From contig OZ316892.1 in NCBI GenBank assembly GCA_973895155.1, forward strand, positions 22,979,168 through 23,043,167: a DNA stretch of 64,000 bases, in the 5' to 3' direction. The first letter of the stretch is position 1. Every line of letters starts with the position of its first letter. Positions 55,536 to 64,000 of this stretch are shown here, piece after piece. The position numbers and the translations under genes were made by a program. The notes under the pieces were generated by a model, which made no database searches, was not told the DNA's origin, and saw only the letters and a program-made list of their open reading frames with translations. The stretch is from Marsupella aquatica (taxonomy: Eukaryota > Plantae > Marchantiophyta).

Positions 55536-57180
55536 GAATCAGCAGAATAAACTGAAGGTTTTCTGGAAATGTTGTTGAAGCCACCCTCCGCTCCCTGGCC
55601 TGATTAGGGTGAGGTTTGTCTTGGTCCGGTGGCCAGTCCTTTGCTCTGGGCCCATCTGTTTTCCCCTTGCTTGGGTGGCCTTCGTCTTCTTGCATGGCAT
55701 GGATGGGTCGCGGCACCCCCTCATTCAAACAAAAAACAAAATCTGGAATGTAATGTCCTATTCTCCAAAAACAAAACAAAAAAACAAAAAAACCACAGAA
55801 TACACTTATACACTGTCCAGGTTCTCTGTCTAGGGACACATCGACCATTACTAACGAGGTCTTGAGGAGGGGAGACAAACCACATAGAAGGGAGGAATAA
55901 CTCCTGCAAAAGGAGCCATTAATAATAGCACTATGTAAACTGCATTTTTTGGCTAAGAATATACTTGTAATATTAGGTGACAACATTGGCCGGCACTACT
56001 CCACTCAATGCACTTAATTACACTGTTGCACTATAAACGGTTCAGTGTCTTATCCACGCTGTTGCACTTATACACTGGTCAGTGTACAGGGACACATCGA
56101 CCATTGCGAAAGAGTTCTTGAGGAGGGGAGACAAAACACAAAGAAGGGAGAAAGAACTCCTGCAAAAGGAGCCATTAATAATAGCACTATGTAAACTGCA
56201 TTTTTGGCTAAGAATATACTTGTATTATTAGGGGAGTACATTGGCCTGCACTAATCCACACTACACGGTTCAGTGTCTTATCCACGCTGTTGCACTTATA
56301 CACTGTTCAGTGTACAGGGACACATCGACCATTACTAAAGATTTCTTGAGGAGGGGAGACAAAACACAAAGAAGGGAGAAAGAACTCCTGCAAAAGGAGC
56401 CATTAACAATAGCACTATGTAAAGTGCTTTTTTTGTCAAAGAAAATACTTCTAATATTAGGGAACCACATTGGCTTGGACTAATCCATGCACTAATCCAC
56501 GCTAATCCTCCATGTTGCACTTATACACGGTTCAGTGTTTTATCCACGCGGTTGCACTTACACACAGTTCAGTGTTTTATCCACTCTGTTGCACTTACAC
56601 ACTGTTCAGTGGTTTATCCACGCTGTTGCACTTATACACGGATCAGTGTACAGGGACCCATCAACCACTCTACACTGTTGCTCTTATACACGGTTCAGTG
56701 TAAAGGGACACATCGACCACTCTACACTGTTGCACTTATACATGGTTCAGTGTAGAGGGACACATCGACCGCTCTACACTGTTGCACTTATACACGGTTC
56801 AGTGTAAAGGGACACGTCGACCACTCTACACTGTTGCACTTATACACGGTTCAGTGTACAGGGACACATCGACCACTCTACGCTATTGCACTTATACACG
56901 GTTCAGTGTACAGGGACACATCGACCACTCTACGCTGTTGCACTTATACACGGTTCAGTGTTTTTTCTACCACTCTACGCTGTTGCACTTATACACGGTT
57001 CAGTGTTTTTTCCACCACTCTACGCTGTTGCACTTATACACGGTTCAGTGTTTTTTCCACCCTGTTGCACTTATACACGGGGACACATCGAGCACTCTCG
57101 TAACGAGGAATTGAAGGAATTGAGGAGGGGAGAGAAAACACAAAGGGGGAGAAGGAACTCGTGCAAAAGCAAAAGGAGCT
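55240..57180 (+). repeat. Compound satellite: ~230-255 bp long units plus an array of 36-52 bp short units
   Basis: Long unit GGGACACATCGACC...GAGGAGGGGAGACAAAACAC...CTCCTGCAAAAGGAGCC at ~55340, 55833, 56088, 56316 and 57080. Short unit GTTGCACTTATACACGGTTCAGTG(TACAGGGACACATCGACCACTCTACACT) repeated ~13 times in 56510-57080. Confidence 0.93.
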
Positions 57181-58132
57181 CATATTAAAAAACTTCGACG
57201 TGTTGACCCATGAGAAGGGGAGACATCAGAAAGAAGCGGAGAACGAACGCCTGAAAAGTGGACTAAACGTCGAGCGGTTTGATGTCCTGAAAAGAAGCTA
57301 CGATCCGTCCCATGCAGATCGGGGGCCCGCCCAGAACAAGTATGTCGGTTTGGCCTATGCATGTAGCTCTGTGTCCCTCTCCTTGATTCTTTCAGTTCTT
57401 TCAAACATTTGGTTGAATCTCCTCGCAGCAGTGTCAGCTCTACTAATTCTAGCTCTTTTCGCACTTCGCTCGCAACTAAGCTTTAGCATTGTCTCGAGCT
57501 CCGGGAAAGAAAGCTTTGATCCGCTAATACTCTGGTTCGTTTAATTAAGAGATTGATTCGTAGCTAGGTTTAAAGCTTGTTCTCAAGGTCCGCAAAGAAA
57601 TTGTAGTTCTAAAATCTTCTGTGTCTTGTTCGATTCGTGCGCTCAGAGATGTTAGATCTGCAAAGACGCTGTCAATTTCTATTCGTTCGCAGCTAGGGTT
57701 CAGCATTTTTCCGAGCTCCGCATGGAAATCTCAGCTTTTCAGAACGCTGTGTGTCTGTGCTCTGGCTTTTCGAGCTGTCAGTGATCTTCGAATTTGACAT
57801 CTAAATCGCCACTACGATTTGTGCAATGCTGGCTCCTGCAGCTCACTTCAACGGCTCTGGGGCAATCGGGAGGCCAGATTCTTGTGGTGGAGCAACCAAC
57901 TGACAAAAAACTACATTAAGAATCTGCATGATCTCGCCCGATTTCTTCCCATGTCCCCTGCGATTTTCCCTGCGTTGCGGACGCACAGACAACAATTTTG
58001 TTCGGGGGAGAACTAACTTCGCTCGGACATAGTCGCCGCGAATGATCTGAGAGATATCTGGTCCCAAGGAGCGGTCTGGGCAGCTGCAACGCCGATCTAG
58101 CTTTTTCGTGAATCGACTGCTGCTGCTGCATC

Positions 58133-62301
<4,169 letters not shown>

Positions 62302-63315
62302 CAGTACTTTAACTGAGCAAAGTATTCATATTTATGGTCCATTTTTGAGTGGGCGAAAGATATTGATCACTTCCTTCCCATTTTTTGGATTGACATCATT
62401 CATTCATTCATTCATTTGCGAATACATACCGAGAATTGGTTGATCAGTTATGCCAACTTTTGTAGGCTGTGCATATCGAATAAATTATTGAAGTCCTAAG
62501 ATGCGGTAAACGAGTTCATCGGTTTACATTGTACTCGGGTGATAGTCGGTTTCCTGCCTAAGTATTTACTTTTGTGGAGTTCATGAGATTCAGGGAATTA
62601 TGTGAGGGTAAGCCCTCTTGGTTTAGACTAGAGATTTTGCTATAAGAAAACAGCTAGCCATAGTGCATTTTTTTCCTTTGTAGTGAGTAATCTTTTACAG
62701 CTGGCAGCATGTTCATGAATAGCAGCAGTATGCAAAGCAATACTCTGGGTGAAAAGGATATCCTCTTAACAATCAGCCTACACGGCACTTAGGGTGAGCA
62801 ATCAAGCAGTTGATCACTATCACTCCTTTGGTTGGTTCACTCTTGGCTCTCATATGCAAAACACTTTTCGAAGTTTCGTACATATCTACTGTTTTAGAAA
62901 CTGAATCTTGGGATGGACAAACAATTTTTAAGGATGCAAGTTTCGAGGCCCAAAGTACCATTTATTCTAAAGAATATAGTACATGAGTTTTAAAATAACA
63001 GCGGAACCTGGTCGGTGGTAGTGGTCCATCTGAGTTGTTTGTCCAACATTGTGATCCCATTTGAGTTTGTTTAAATTTTTTATCTTTATCTATCACATTT
63101 ACTTGTATTTCTAATTGCACCAGAAAAAGGAAAGTAATACTAGGATGGCTTGGCACATTGTCTCCACGGAAACTACTGGAATATGGACACTTATAACCGC
63201 CATGGGCTGTACATGCGCTGAAATTGTGCTTCCAAGGTGTAACCTGCCAAAGTATGGATAGAACACTTTGGACCTTAAGTAAGTTACTAGGAAGACTATA
63301 CAAAAGTTTTGGAAA

Positions 63316-63457
63316 GGAAAGTCTAAGGACTCTCTGGTGGCTTGATAATGTGACAGCCTTAGGCCTGAACCTTAAGTAAATCATAGTAAGATTACAGAAA
63401 AGATTCCCAATGGAAAGTCTAAGGGTGGCTTGACAACTTGACAGCCTCAGGCTTGAA
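63316..63457 (+). repeat. Imperfect direct repeat pair
   Basis: GGAAAGTCTAAGG..GGTGGCTTGA..TGACAGCCT.AGGC.TGAA at 63316 and 63412. Confidence 0.6.
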
Positions 63458-64000
63458 AGAAGACAAGATGTCATCCAGGTACTTGAGAAATTAAAAAGGA
63501 CATTTCTTCCTAGAGCAATTGACTACTCAATGACCCTATCTAGTATGATATCAAGATGGATTTTGGAAAATGTGTTTAGAGCTTGCAACTAGGTGCAGTC
63601 CATGGGCGCATAGGCCAAAACACTCTCAGGAAAAGATTAAATAACCAAATTCATGTTTGGAGGGATTTACATTAGTGAGATGGTGCTTCATCTTGCTGGC
63701 CTTCCTCTTCCACACCTGAAGTACCAAACATTGTTTTTCTAGTGCCAAATTCGCCTTTTCTACTGTTCATGAAAATTTGCCATGTTTTTTGCCTTCCATT
63801 AAAGGAGGACTGTTATTTTAGCCCCTTCTCCAATGTGACAATTGCCACCCTGGCAAAAAACCAAAACATAATAATTACCTTCATCCCAAACCTTCCCAAA
63901 CAAAATTCAGCACAAGCGACAAAATAGCATGAATACACTATGATTACCTCCATATCTCACTCAATAACACCCTATCTACAAAAACTTTGAATCCTTGTCT

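Noticed and set aside
55300-56625. Multiple TTATCCAC DnaA-box-like octamers
   Set aside because: Incidental parts of the satellite unit in a plant nuclear region.
56510-57080. CRISPR-like array (24-bp hairpin core with variable gaps)
   Set aside because: The gaps are repeated or related to each other rather than unique spacers, there are no cas genes, and the context is eukaryotic. It is a satellite.
56241-57188. Repetitive ORFs (LLHLYTVQC / YTVALIHGSV)
   Set aside because: Translations of the tandem repeat in several frames, with no coding signal.
62962-63474. 170-aa minus-strand ORF
   Set aside because: Non-ATG start, overlaps local repeats and has no recognisable domain.

Overview
Eukaryotic nuclear DNA from an intron-rich land plant with flagellated sperm (bryophyte-like, probably a liverwort; inferred from a nuclear psbX and a plastid ABC1 kinase lying next to an axonemal dynein). 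Four spliced protein-coding genes are well supported: psbX (-), an ABC1K5/At1g71810-type plastid kinase (-, ~21 exons), an inner-arm dynein heavy chain (+, ~57 exons over ~29 kb) and a katanin p60-like 2 AAA ATPase (+). An intact tRNA-Trp(CCA) lies antisense inside a dynein intron. The intergenic DNA holds a decayed copia 3' end, a Tc1/mariner(pogo)-like non-autonomous family whose terminal 24-mer appears amplified into a satellite upstream of the katanin gene, a GATAAG-rich repeat cluster and two unidentified decayed ORF regions. The most unexpected signals are a group II intron domain V-VI fragment inside a spliceosomal intron, the TIR-derived satellite and two consecutive GC-AG introns. I found no convincing novel multi-gene system. 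Exon boundaries were read by eye and may be off by a few nt.
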